Shown: positions 27,891-37,065 of the stretch, piece after piece
How the letters are laid out: every line of letters starts with the position of its first letter
Position numbering within the stretch: position 1 is the stretch's first letter
Origin: Escherichia phage REP4
Direction: 5' to 3' (one strand)
Length of the DNA: 64,000 nucleotides
Sequence record: OQ174503.1
Notes under the pieces: model-generated
The model's input: the letters and a program-made list of their open reading frames with translations, nothing else
Database searches by the model: none
What the model was told of the DNA's origin: nothing
Translations under genes and position numbers: made by a program

Positions 27891-28234
27891 TCACTCACAA
27901 ACTCTTTCATTGATTCATTTTCAATATAAGACATGTAGCTATTATATTCTTTTAATTGTATTTTGTAATCCTTTTTTCTTTGCCAATTTATTTTAAAATT
28001 ATCATAATGAAAATATAGCATGGTACCAAAGAATGAAAATAATGAAATAATTTTAGTATAGCGAAGTTCACTCCAAACTTCTATTATATTTACTGTGCCG
28101 TCGATGTTTAAAATAAGACAGTCAATTAATAATCCAAAAAGACTACCCGCAAGAGCTGCAGCCAACGCCACAGCAAAAATTAAAAATGACTCAGGAAGCG
28201 AATATTTGACTTTATTTAGTTTTGGCTTTTGCAT
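27872..28234 (-). CDS. membrane protein, tandem paralog 2
   Basis: 120 aa; transmembrane hairpin; C-terminal motif FVSDCRKIK. Confidence 0.5.
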   Translation of the reverse strand: MQKPKLNKVKYSLPESFLIFAVALAAALAGSLFGLLIDCLILNIDGTVNIIEVWSELRYTKIISLFSFFGTMLYFHYDNFKINWQRKKDYKIQLKEYNSYMSYIENESMKEFVSDCRKIK

Positions 28235-28629
28235 CGTGATTCCTTAACAAATTTCATAATTTCATCAAATTCATACGCAGCAAGTTTAAGCTGATGTTCC
28301 TTTTTAATCTTTTTACACTGTGCTTTCCAATCACGTACGCGTTTACGATAATGCCTTCCTTGATACCAGTATCCTACCCAATTTACAGGTACTAATAAAA
28401 GTGGAACTATTAATGGAAGAATTAGCATTAACACAAGTATTTCGCCAGAATCAATATCAGTCATAACATCTAAAACACCTCCAATAATCAATAGAATTAC
28501 AAATGATATGAGTATAACAGGACCTATTAATACATCAGTAGGAATTAGCTGGCGCTTTAATTCATACTTCAAAGGTTTACTTGGAAGGTATAGTGATGGC
28601 TTTGACATATTCTCTACATTCCTTAACAA
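28216..28629 (-). CDS. membrane protein, tandem paralog 3
   Basis: 137 aa; two hydrophobic helices; C-terminal FVKESRCK. Confidence 0.5.
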   Translation of the reverse strand: MLRNVENMSKPSLYLPSKPLKYELKRQLIPTDVLIGPVILISFVILLIIGGVLDVMTDIDSGEILVLMLILPLIVPLLLVPVNWVGYWYQGRHYRKRVRDWKAQCKKIKKEHQLKLAAYEFDEIMKFVKESRCKSQN

Positions 28630-29185
28630 ATTTTTCTAGTAATAAATCACTTTCAAAATTAGGATTTTCCACTAATTTATCAAAAAGATCATCAACAATA
28701 TTCAAGATATTTCTTTTACTAAGAATACGTTTATTTTCATGCTTCGTTTCAGAATCAACTATAAGAGTAAAGAAATATTTCTTTCCCTGAAATTTTACTG
28801 TAGTATCAATATAGAATAAATTTGACTTTTGTAAGTTACGTTTAAACCATGCGTCACTTAAACTATAAACACCGAGATAATCAAAATCGTCGTTTAAATA
28901 ACAAACTGTCCATTCAGGAGAAATGAAATCAGTAAATTCAACATCAAAATCACATGTCAATAAATGAATTGATTCAATATTGTTAATAAGTATTCCAGGA
29001 CGTATTAAAGACTTTTTACCTCTGGAAAATCTTCCAGAAAGACTTTCATCAGTTTCATATGAAGAACCCCAATAATAATTACGTCCTTCTGCCATACGTT
29101 TAAGAGCATTTAGTAATTGATCTGGAACATCAACCTGTCTTTGGAACTCTTCAAACATTGAATTGAAATCACTTTGCATTTTCAT
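28577..29185 (-). CDS. hypothetical protein
   Basis: 202-aa ORF. Confidence 0.5.
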   Translation of the reverse strand: MKMQSDFNSMFEEFQRQVDVPDQLLNALKRMAEGRNYYWGSSYETDESLSGRFSRGKKSLIRPGILINNIESIHLLTCDFDVEFTDFISPEWTVCYLNDDFDYLGVYSLSDAWFKRNLQKSNLFYIDTTVKFQGKKYFFTLIVDSETKHENKRILSKRNILNIVDDLFDKLVENPNFESDLLLEKFVKECREYVKAITIPSK

Positions 29186-29226
29186 TCCTATTTACTCCAA
29201 GTAATAGGGGCCGAAGCCCCTTATCA

Positions 29227-29820
29227 TTATTTCAGAGAATTAATGTATTCCTGAACATCGGCAGAAGTAGTTTCAACCCCAGAAATATTACCGTTAAAGG
29301 TTTCAACTCGAGCAAGGGTATCTTCAATATCAACCTTAGTCAGTGCTGCAATTTCAACTACATCATCAGCAGTACTAATTCCAAGGGCATTTGCCGCACG
29401 AGTTTCACGGATATATTCCAATTTAACTGCAAGTTCTTGGCGAGCATCATCTAACTCAACTACTTTCTTAGCGATTTCAATTCGCATTTCGGCATAACCG
29501 TCAGCCTTAGTAGTCAACTGCTCAGCTGTTCGACGATATAGTAAACCAAGTTTAGCATGCATTGTTACATCTTGACCTTCGGAAAGAAGCTTGCGAATTT
29601 CACGCTCTTTTGATTCGGCCTGTCGATTCTTTTCGATAACAAGTTCACGAATACGTTTTTCTTCATTAATAGATTTAACGGAAGCAGTTTTTAGATCTTT
29701 AATTTTATCAAGTAGTTTTGCTGCTGCAGCAGTATACTGTTCTTCAACAGATAGATTTTTAGCCATAGCAGAACCAAGTTTAGTGCGAATAAAATCAACA
29801 ATTTTCTTCAGTGTGTTCAT
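29227..29820 (-). CDS. coiled-coil protein
   Basis: 197 aa, highly charged helical sequence. Confidence 0.5.
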   Translation of the reverse strand: MNTLKKIVDFIRTKLGSAMAKNLSVEEQYTAAAAKLLDKIKDLKTASVKSINEEKRIRELVIEKNRQAESKEREIRKLLSEGQDVTMHAKLGLLYRRTAEQLTTKADGYAEMRIEIAKKVVELDDARQELAVKLEYIRETRAANALGISTADDVVEIAALTKVDIEDTLARVETFNGNISGVETTSADVQEYINSLK

Positions 29821-29864
29821 AGTATTTCCTTAGGTTAATTAAGATTTAAAATCCATGAGAGTAT

Positions 29865-30040
29865 TATACTCCGGATAGTTTGTAAACTATTTCAACATCG
29901 CCTTTTGCTGCTTTATAACCTTCAGCCCAAGATACAACCGAGTTTTTATCTGAAGATTCAAATTCTGGCATTGGACTTTCATCAATGTTCACACAGTATG
30001 TTTCTTCATTTTCGTCAAACCAAATAGTTAAAGTAGTCAT
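29865..30040 (-). CDS. hypothetical small acidic protein (58 aa, not in ORF track)
   Basis: ATG at 30040 behind GGAGAA; reads MTTLTIWFDENEETYCVNIDESPMPEFE... Confidence 0.4.
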
Positions 30041-30108
30041 TTATTTCTCCGCTTCTGTGATTGTTTTGATAAGTCTATAATAACACCGTCCTTGGTGTTT
30101 GTACACAC

Positions 30109-30372
30109 TTATTTCATATTATTGAAATATTCTTCTGCGATTTCATCGTTATCGTGGTAAACTTTAGAAGACAGTTTAACATAACCTTCAGCAGTGAACA
30201 TATTAATCACAACTTTTACAGTATACCACTGACCGTCTTCATTACCCATTACTGCGTAAGTTTCAAACATCGGATGGTCAGGACCGATGACTTTAATATC
30301 ATTCACTGTACGACCGAAATCTTCTGAAACGCATTTCATAAAGAAGTTGAACAGTTCGCCGTAATTATCCAT
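30109..30372 (-). CDS. hypothetical protein
   Basis: Start refined to MDNYGELFNFF... behind GGAGAA, directly downstream of an early promoter. Confidence 0.5.
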   Translation of the reverse strand: MDNYGELFNFFMKCVSEDFGRTVNDIKVIGPDHPMFETYAVMGNEDGQWYTVKVVINMFTAEGYVKLSSKVYHDNDEIAEEYFNNMK

Positions 30373-30406
30373 TTCATTCTCCAAGTTGTTTTTCTGTATC
30401 AGTAGT

Positions 30407-30435
30407 TGATAGTTGTATAGTACCACGGAAGAACA
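30407..30435 (-). promoter_or_regulatory. sigma70-type early promoter (-35 TTTACA, 17 bp, -10 TACTAT)
   Basis: Promoter-family member with conserved leader ACAACTATCAACTAC. Confidence 0.55.
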
Positions 30436-30579
30436 GGGATGTAAACAATTTTGTGAAAAAATTTTTAAAAAGTTTTAGGGAATTCTAGGGAAGGGAGGGG
30501 CAATTAAAGGATAGGATAATATATTATAAAGGGTAGAAACTAAATGATGCCTAGAGAGGTCCAGAAAGGCCTAGATATC

Positions 30580-30604
30580 AAAAAGCCCTATCATTTAGAT
30601 AGGG
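30580..30604 (-). terminator. hairpin terminator (CCCUAUC-UAAAU-GAUAGGG + U-run)
   Basis: 7-bp stem, 5-nt loop, T5 tract on the minus strand, just after the stop of the 30613-31176 gene. Confidence 0.55.
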
Positions 30605-30612
30605 ATTTAAAA

Positions 30613-31176
30613 TTATTTACCTAGTTTAGTTATTATAGCTTCTGCGGCAGCTTTTAGTTTAGATGCGGTGTTAATACGATTTTTAATTTCAGTATACGCA
30701 TCGCCAAGAACGTCAAGGCTATCAGAATAAACGCTTACACTATTGCGTTCGCTATTTGAAATAGAACCTTTAGTTTTACGATCAAAATCAATGTACACGT
30801 CTTGAAGATCATGGGCTGCCTTCTTTGCATCATCCAATGCATCAAGAGCTTTATTCAAAGCATTAACGTATTTTTTAGTGTCGAACATATTCTTAGAAAT
30901 TTTAACAGGCGCACGTTCAGGAGTAGCTAAGGCAGATTTAGGAACCTGAGCGCCAGATGCCAGTTTCTTAGAAATTTTGAAAAATGCTTTATTGAATTTA
31001 TTTTCTTGACTCATCGTAAAAGAACTATTATCGATGTTATACATTTCAATAGCTTTAGCTTTCCACTTAAGAAAATCGCCACGGTCTTTTGGGTCCAATT
31101 GGAAGAATACTTTAGTAAGTTCTGCTTCAGATGGTAATTTTGCTGCTTCGGTTAAAAATTCGGCATAAGTTTTCAT
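30613..31176 (-). CDS. internal-protein-like protein with capsid-targeting sequence
   Basis: 187 aa beginning MKTYAEFLTEAA; no T4 counterpart at this position that I recall. Confidence 0.55.
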   Translation of the reverse strand: MKTYAEFLTEAAKLPSEAELTKVFFQLDPKDRGDFLKWKAKAIEMYNIDNSSFTMSQENKFNKAFFKISKKLASGAQVPKSALATPERAPVKISKNMFDTKKYVNALNKALDALDDAKKAAHDLQDVYIDFDRKTKGSISNSERNSVSVYSDSLDVLGDAYTEIKNRINTASKLKAAAEAIITKLGK

Positions 31177-31263
31177 TTAAAATCCTTGAAATAATCTATC
31201 GGTTGGTTATTAATTATTTATTACTTTGTTATTATCCGTAACAGCGTTATCCGAGTGATTCAA

Positions 31264-31296
31264 ACTAAAAAGCCCCAACCTTTCGGTCGGGGCTAA
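31264..31296 (-). terminator. hairpin terminator (GCCCCGACC-GAAA-GGUUGGGGC + U5), copy 1 of a 33-bp direct repeat
   Basis: 9-bp stem with GAAA tetraloop and T5 tract on the minus strand, after the stop of the 31302-31775 gene. Confidence 0.65.
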
Positions 31297-31301
31297 GAAT
31301 G

Positions 31302-31775
31302 TTATTTGATTTGTTTAGCAGACCAAATGCGGTCTTTGATGATTTTTTGGAGATCTTCAACATACTCTAGGTCATGAGCATGTGGATTATCTTTGAAACT
31401 ATAGGCACGGGCTAATTTTTGGCCTTCGGTTTTAATTACTAAAAGCTCTTTAAGGATAGCTTCATATTTAGCGATAATTCCTTTAACAATATTTTTTTCT
31501 TGTGCAGCTTTAGGATCTGCTTTAGGAGCAGGTTTACCCGAAGCCTTTGCAAAAGCAGCACCAGTAGCAACTAAACTTTTCCAGGCCATACTAACCGCAT
31601 TTCCTGTAAATCCTTCTGCTTTCATGTCGCGAGCAAACTGGAATCGTGATTCGTCAGAAGCATCTTTATAGGAATATTTACCCGCTGCAATGGCTGCTTT
31701 TGCGACAGCTTGAATTTCGGTGCTAGATGCTTCATTTAACACCGCTTCATTTAAAAATTGAGCATATGATTTCAT
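31302..31775 (-). CDS. internal-protein-like protein with capsid-targeting sequence
   Basis: 157 aa beginning MKSYAQFLNEA; Ala/Lys-rich; late promoter upstream. Confidence 0.55.
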   Translation of the reverse strand: MKSYAQFLNEAVLNEASSTEIQAVAKAAIAAGKYSYKDASDESRFQFARDMKAEGFTGNAVSMAWKSLVATGAAFAKASGKPAPKADPKAAQEKNIVKGIIAKYEAILKELLVIKTEGQKLARAYSFKDNPHAHDLEYVEDLQKIIKDRIWSAKQIK

Positions 31776-31815
31776 CTTATTTCCTGTTTTAATTCGTGGA
31801 TTTAATATACTACTA

Positions 31816-31823
31816 TATTTATA
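31816..31823 (-). promoter_or_regulatory. late promoter (TATAAATA)
   Basis: Exact TATAAATA on the minus strand upstream of the 31302-31775 gene. Confidence 0.5.
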
Positions 31824-31855
31824 CTAAAAAGCCCCAACCTTTCGGTCGGGGCTAA
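31823..31855 (-). terminator. hairpin terminator, copy 2 of the 33-bp direct repeat
   Basis: Identical to 31264-31296 (ACTAAAAAGCCCCAACCTTTCGGTCGGGGCTAAG on the plus strand). Confidence 0.65.
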
Positions 31856-31904
31856 GCCTTGCGGCAACCTTGTCGGGGTTCCACCTGCTAAGGCAAGTGT
31901 TTGT

Positions 31905-32061
31905 ACGAAACGCCGGGATTCGAACCCGGTTATTAAGCAGTTGACGCTACTTAATATTTTTAAAAGGCCATATCTCGACCATATCCGAACGTTCCGTCAA
32001 AAACGCTACTCGGCTTACGGCAAAGATATTTCCTCGAATCGATAATTCGGTGCGCCGTTTC
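31905..32061 (-). ncRNA. putative stable small RNA with tRNA-like acceptor/T-arm (T4 species-1/rnaC-like)
   Basis: Perfect T-arm (CCGGG-UUCGAAU-CCCGG) and a closing helix GAAACG/CGUUUC, about 155 nt, no ORF, followed by a terminator; boundaries approximate. Confidence 0.4.
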
Positions 32062-32164
32062 TGCTGTGATGTAAGAGGGCATCAACAAATCATAAAGATT
32101 TATTAACACAATTCCTTACCCAGGGAACATCAGTCCGACGACTTACCGGTAGCGACCCGGTTTC

Positions 32165-32515
32165 TTAATATTCTTTTAAAGCATCAATCTGTTCACGACG
32201 TTTACGCCATAAATCAATTGCTTCATACGCAGATTCAGCATTTCGAATTGGACGGCATTTATATAAAGACTTGTGATTTTGATATTGCGTAGATAACGGA
32301 ATTTTATCTAAAAGGTCTTTACGTTCAAAGTATTCGTAACCATCTAAGCCAAATGAACGATTTTTGAGAAATTGCCAATGACCAAATTCGTTTTGAATAT
32401 AAATATAATCCGCGTGTTGATAAAGTAAATTAATTTCACGAAATGAGATATGTTTTTCATATTCATTGAAGTAAAATGTTAAATCATGAACTACTAAATA
32501 AACATTACCTTTCAT
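32165..32515 (-). CDS. hypothetical protein
   Basis: 116-aa ORF between tRNA-Arg and the small-RNA region. Confidence 0.5.
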   Translation of the reverse strand: MKGNVYLVVHDLTFYFNEYEKHISFREINLLYQHADYIYIQNEFGHWQFLKNRSFGLDGYEYFERKDLLDKIPLSTQYQNHKSLYKCRPIRNAESAYEAIDLWRKRREQIDALKEY

Positions 32516-32533
32516 ATTTTCCTCACTTATAAT

Positions 32534-32609
32534 TGGTCGAGGCAGTAGGGATCGAACCTACGACCTAGGACTTAGAAGGTCCTTGCTCTTCCTTCTGAGC
32601 TATGCCCCG
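32534..32609 (-). tRNA. tRNA-Arg (anticodon UCU)
   Basis: Hand-folded cloverleaf: acceptor CGGGGCA/UGCCUCG, anticodon loop CUUCUAA, T-loop UUCGAUC, CCA encoded. Confidence 0.85.
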
Positions 32610-32613
32610 TAAT

Positions 32614-32689
32614 TGGGGTGACCGATGGGAGTCGAACCCATGACTACGAGAATCACAATCTCGAGTTCTACCAACTGAACTACGGCCAC
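32614..32689 (-). tRNA. tRNA-His (anticodon GUG)
   Basis: Acceptor GUGGCCG/CGGUCAC, discriminator C73, anticodon loop UUGUGAU, CCA encoded; base at -1 is U, not G. Confidence 0.75.
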
Positions 32690-32802
32690 ATTAATACCTA
32701 CTCCAACAATCAAGATGTCTTCACACGAAATTAAGAGAAGAGTGATCAGTTCAACCCTATAATCGCGTCAAGTAGATATTAATGTGACAGTTGTCACAAA
32801 TT

Positions 32803-32877
32803 TGGCGGACGTGATAGGATTCGAACCTATAACCAATCGCTTAACAGGCGATCGCTCTGCCATTGAGCTACACATCC
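32803..32877 (-). tRNA. tRNA-Asn (anticodon GUU)
   Basis: Acceptor GGAUGUG/CACGUCC, anticodon loop CUGUUAA, T-loop UUCGAAU, CCA encoded. Confidence 0.75.
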
Positions 32878-32881
32878 AAAT

Positions 32882-32968
32882 TGGTGGGGAGTGATGGAGT
32901 CGAACCACCCGAGTCGCAATGACAATGGATTTACAGTCCACACCGCTACCTCTACGGGATAACTCCCC
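32882..32968 (-). tRNA. tRNA-Tyr (anticodon GUA), long variable arm
   Basis: Acceptor GGGGAGU/ACUCCCC, anticodon loop CUGUAAA, 87 nt with long variable arm. Confidence 0.7.
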
Positions 32969-32981
32969 TTAATTCTTAATT

Positions 32982-33056
32982 TGGTGGCCCTGGGTGGAAT
33001 TGAACCACCATCTGGCGATTATGAGTCGCTTGCTTGAACCTTCCAGCTACAGGGCC
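32982..33056 (-). tRNA. tRNA with anticodon CAU (Ile2-type by T4 synteny, or Met)
   Basis: Acceptor GGCCCUG/CAGGGCC, anticodon loop CUCAUAA, T-loop UUCAAUU; sits where T4 has tRNA-Ile. Confidence 0.7.
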
Positions 33057-33057
33057 T

Positions 33058-33133
33058 TGGTGCTGATTGACGGAATCGAACCGCCGACCTTCTCATTACA
33101 AGTGAGTTGCTCTACCTACTGAGCTAAATCAGC
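33058..33133 (-). tRNA. tRNA-Thr (anticodon UGU)
   Basis: Acceptor GCUGAUU/AAUCAGC, anticodon loop CUUGUAA. Confidence 0.85.
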
Positions 33134-33138
33134 AAAAC

Positions 33139-33228
33139 TGGCGGAGGCGATAGGATTTGAACCTATGAGTCGCCGGAGCGACTGCCGGTTTTCAAGACCG
33201 GTGCATTAAACCACTCTGCCACGCCTCC
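33139..33228 (-). tRNA. tRNA-Ser (anticodon UGA), long variable arm
   Basis: Acceptor GGAGGCG/CGCCUCC, anticodon loop CUUGAAA, 90 nt. Confidence 0.85.
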
Positions 33229-33230
33229 AG

Positions 33231-33304
33231 TCTCCATACAAGGATTTGAACCTTGGACCTCCTGATCCCAAATCAGGCGCTCTACCAAACTGAGCTACAC
33301 GGAG
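33231..33304 (-). tRNA. tRNA-Pro (anticodon UGG), CCA not encoded
   Basis: Acceptor CUCCGUG/UAUGGAG, anticodon loop UUUGGGA; only 2 nt from tRNA-Ser (dimeric precursor). Confidence 0.8.
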
Positions 33305-33314
33305 TAAATTAAAT

Positions 33315-33388
<74 letters not shown>

Positions 33389-33393
33389 AAATT

Positions 33394-33480
33394 TGGTGCG
33401 AGAAGTGGGACTCGAACCCACAAGGAAATCATTCCGCAGCATTTTAAGTGCTGTGCCTTTACCAATTTGACCATTCTCGC
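33394..33480 (-). tRNA. tRNA-Leu (anticodon UAA), long variable arm
   Basis: Acceptor GCGAGAA/UUCUCGC, anticodon loop CUUAAAA, 87 nt. Confidence 0.85.
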
Positions 33481-33481
33481 G

Positions 33482-33554
33482 CTGGGAATAAAGGACTCGA
33501 ACCTTTGCATCCTGGAATCAAAATCCAGTGCCTTACCAACTTGGCTAATTCCCA
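33482..33554 (-). tRNA. tRNA-Gln (anticodon UUG), CCA not encoded
   Basis: Acceptor UGGGAAU/AUUCCCA, anticodon loop UUUUGAU; 1 nt from tRNA-Leu (dimeric precursor). Confidence 0.8.
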
Positions 33555-33651
33555 ATTATTAACAAAGGCTCTCAAGCAAGAACCCTTGATGATAGAGGGT
33601 ATTAATCAGTGCGATATGAGTTAATAATAACAAATAATTCTTAAAGCATAT

Positions 33652-33939
33652 TTACCATTTATGATAATACATATTTACGATGCATTCAAGACCCAAAGGA
33701 TTCTTGAAAATATCATATTCAAGAGGACCTTTTTCCGTTTCAATAAAGAAATCAAAATTTACTGTATTAAATTTACGGTCTTCCTTCACTAATTTAACTT
33801 GAGAAGATGAACGATCAATGTAAACCTTTTCAACTTCAAAACATGTTAAAATGCCATAATCATCAATCAAGGCTTTAGCTGCTTCTTGATCATATTTATA
33901 TCCATTTTCAATGGATGATACTTTCGCATAAAGAATCAT
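33652..33939 (-). CDS. hypothetical protein
   Basis: 95-aa ORF. Confidence 0.5.
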   Translation of the reverse strand: MILYAKVSSIENGYKYDQEAAKALIDDYGILTCFEVEKVYIDRSSSQVKLVKEDRKFNTVNFDFFIETEKGPLEYDIFKNPLGLECIVNMYYHKW

Positions 33940-33941
33940 TA

Positions 33942-34346
33942 TTAACCTTTATCAACAATAGTATGTGTATGGGCATTTACGATTTGCCACCAGTCAAAAC
34001 TATCGCCAAATCGTTTTGATTTATTGTCTTCAATAATTTGGCGTAATTCATCTTCTGTTTCAGCATACGCAATCAAATCATCATATCCACCGCAAGGATA
34101 GTAATTATCGCCTGCGAACAAAAGAAAATTTACTTTAGATGGGTCTACATAATAATGCTCTTTAGGATATTTAGTTCCTTTCCAATCAGTTACTTCAACA
34201 TAACGATAAGAAAATCCATTTTTACTTTCAACCCAACTCCACGCTTCAAAAGGAGTATTAAAAACTCTATCAGGTATTAAATTACCTTCAAAATGAGAAG
34301 GATTTGCATAATCCCCAGCATAAACATAATATTCGTTAATATTCAT
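33942..34346 (-). CDS. hypothetical protein
   Basis: 134 aa, aromatic-rich. Confidence 0.5.
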   Translation of the reverse strand: MNINEYYVYAGDYANPSHFEGNLIPDRVFNTPFEAWSWVESKNGFSYRYVEVTDWKGTKYPKEHYYVDPSKVNFLLFAGDNYYPCGGYDDLIAYAETEDELRQIIEDNKSKRFGDSFDWWQIVNAHTHTIVDKG

Positions 34347-34532
34347 TTATTCACCTTTAGAAATTTTATCCATAACAATAGCGATTAAACCAATTAAAAA
34401 TGCTACTACAAGTGAAAAAACATTTTCTGCTGTAGTCAATAATCCACATATAAATCCAACAAACATTGAAAAACTAAAAGCAGAAGCAGAAATTGCAATA
34501 GCAACATTTCGAATTAATTCACAACGTTTCAT
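34347..34532 (-). CDS. small membrane protein
   Basis: 61 aa, mostly hydrophobic; early promoter and AGGAGAA site upstream. Confidence 0.5.
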   Translation of the reverse strand: MKRCELIRNVAIAISASAFSFSMFVGFICGLLTTAENVFSLVVAFLIGLIAIVMDKISKGE

Positions 34533-34560
34533 TTTATTCTCCTCAGTAGTTGATAGGGTA

Positions 34561-34589
34561 ATAGTATCACAACTAAAACCCTATGTAAA
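34561..34589 (-). promoter_or_regulatory. sigma70-type early promoter (-35 TTTACA, 17 bp, -10 TACTAT)
   Basis: Promoter-family member; -10 flanked by inverted repeat TAGGGT/ACCCTA. Confidence 0.5.
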
Positions 34590-34608
34590 CAACTTTGTGA
34601 AATATTTA

Positions 34609-34896
34609 TTACAAAAGATTTTTAGCAATAATCTTGAGATGTGCCGCAGAAATGTGTTTAGCTTTAAACAACGCAGTTTCTTCAGCAGGAGAGATAATGA
34701 TTGTAGCACCATCCTTTTTAGCAGACCACCCATCACCTAGGTAAACAGTACCTTTGATTTCTTCGCCATCAACCAAACTAATCATTGGTTTACCTTCTCG
34801 TCCTTTATTTGCTTTAATAACTTCAGAAGTAAGAGTAGCTTCAGTAATAGTAGAAACCGGGGTAGTTGTAGAAGTAAATTCTTTGAAAGTTTTCAT
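34609..34896 (-). CDS. ipI: internal protein I (injected head protein)
   Basis: 95 aa beginning MKTFKEFTS..., body ATLTSEVIKANKGREGKPMISLVDGEEIKGTVYLGDGWSAKKDG matches T4 IPI as I recall. Confidence 0.8.
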   Translation of the reverse strand: MKTFKEFTSTTTPVSTITEATLTSEVIKANKGREGKPMISLVDGEEIKGTVYLGDGWSAKKDGATIIISPAEETALFKAKHISAAHLKIIAKNLL

Positions 34897-34926
34897 TTTA
34901 TTTTCCTAATTAATTTTGATGAGATA

Positions 34927-34955
34927 ATAGTATCACTACCTCATCAACGTGTAAA
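34927..34955 (-). promoter_or_regulatory. sigma70-type early promoter for ipI
   Basis: -35 TTTACA, 17 bp, -10 TACTAT; -10 flanked by inverted repeat TTGATGAG/CTCATCAA. Confidence 0.5.
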
Positions 34956-34968
34956 CAACTTTGTGAAA

Positions 34969-35665
<697 letters not shown>

Positions 35666-35666
<1 letters not shown>

Positions 35667-36379
35667 TATAGTACCTTTAGTGTATTTTTAATTTTAGAAA
35701 AAAGTTCTTCAAGAGAACCATCGTTTGTAATTACTAAATCGCCATCACGAATTGGCAATCCAGCTTCTGTAATATGAGTATCATTGGATTTTTGACCAGG
35801 ACGAACTACATGAATTACTGTAGCACCCATCGCCCTAGCCGCATCCATTTCATGATCTTGACGAGTATCAGGAACGATATAATAATCATAACCTGAGTTA
35901 AATTTATCAAGATAATCTAAAGCAAATAATTTTACCCAATACATGCGGTCGAAGTTATTAACAATCAAATCCGTACCTAGGGCTTGCATCAGACGACGGA
36001 CTGACCATTGATCTTCAATATTATTTATAACGTCAGCAATCTTGTTAAATGCTACGAAATTAACTGCGTCATCAAAAACAAACACACCTTTAATTGGGCT
36101 TTTACTATTAAGATAGCAAAATGCTTGTTCCATAATCGTAATTACTTCTAATTTAGTCAGATTTAAATTAGTCTCACGATCATAGTCAATTCCTTCAAAC
36201 TCTTTACGAGTTAAACAAGGATAGTCAGTGTTTGCTGCAAATACACCCCATGCATAAGCCAATGCATCCTTAATAGGACCAGCAAGTTGATATTTAACTG
36301 CAGAATAATTATTCATAATAAAATCTGCAGTAGTATCTTTTCCACTACGCTTTACACCACTTAAAAAGATTAGTTTCAT
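35666..36379 (-). CDS. 1: deoxynucleoside monophosphate kinase
   Basis: 237 aa; P-loop GVKRSGKDT; T4 gene order. Confidence 0.85.
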
Positions 36380-36428
36380 ATGTTTCTCCTCAAATTTAGT
36401 TAAGATTATAACACATGAAACTGAAGCA

Positions 36429-36959
36429 TTAAACTTCTGCTATAATTTTGCCATCTTTTTCTACTTGAAAATACGTATAAGGAATCGTTGCTGTGCATAC
36501 TAAGGCTGGGTCTGAATCTTCCGTGTAGCTAAATTCTACTTCAGACAGGTCAGAAACCCAAGGCTTATAAAAATTTATTGACATCACGATTTCAGTTTTA
36601 CTATTATCTAAAATGTAAAGCGTAATGTATTCAGGACCTGTTTTTTGGGCAGTATTTTCGCCTGTAAGATAGTTACTAGTTCCTAGCATCCATTCATACA
36701 TTCCTATCCACGACTTAAGCTCTTCATCAACTATAAATCTCACGATGAGTGGGTCGTACTCAAATGTAACACCTGGACGTTGTGCTCGGCCTAGTCCAAA
36801 CGGCCCAGTCACGGTATCAGTAACAGGTATCCTAATTCCCGGAATAGGAACTGACTGAGCATTTAAAGTAAAAGCGGATGTAGTATTACTATGCGGTATT
36901 GATACTACAAAGTTAGTTGTATTTGCTTGGTTAAAAATTTGTTGTAGTGCTTGCGACAT
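36429..36959 (-). CDS. 3: gp3 tail tube terminator / sheath stabiliser
   Basis: Start refined to MSQALQQIF..., giving 176 aa as in T4. Confidence 0.8.
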   Translation of the reverse strand: MSQALQQIFNQANTTNFVVSIPHSNTTSAFTLNAQSVPIPGIRIPVTDTVTGPFGLGRAQRPGVTFEYDPLIVRFIVDEELKSWIGMYEWMLGTSNYLTGENTAQKTGPEYITLYILDNSKTEIVMSINFYKPWVSDLSEVEFSYTEDSDPALVCTATIPYTYFQVEKDGKIIAEV

Positions 36960-37065
36960 ATATTCCTCATAATGCTTCATAAATGTTGGTGGTATAATGG
37001 GTCTAAGTCCCTTCCATTCAATTCCAATTAGAACAAACAATAGAAAAGAATGGAAGATAATAGAA

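Noticed and set aside
32690-32802. Spacer between tRNA-Asn and tRNA-His as a further tRNA or small ORF
   Set aside because: It contains only a hairpin (UGUGACA-ac-UGUCACA) and a 15-codon ORF without a ribosome-binding site; no cloverleaf could be folded.
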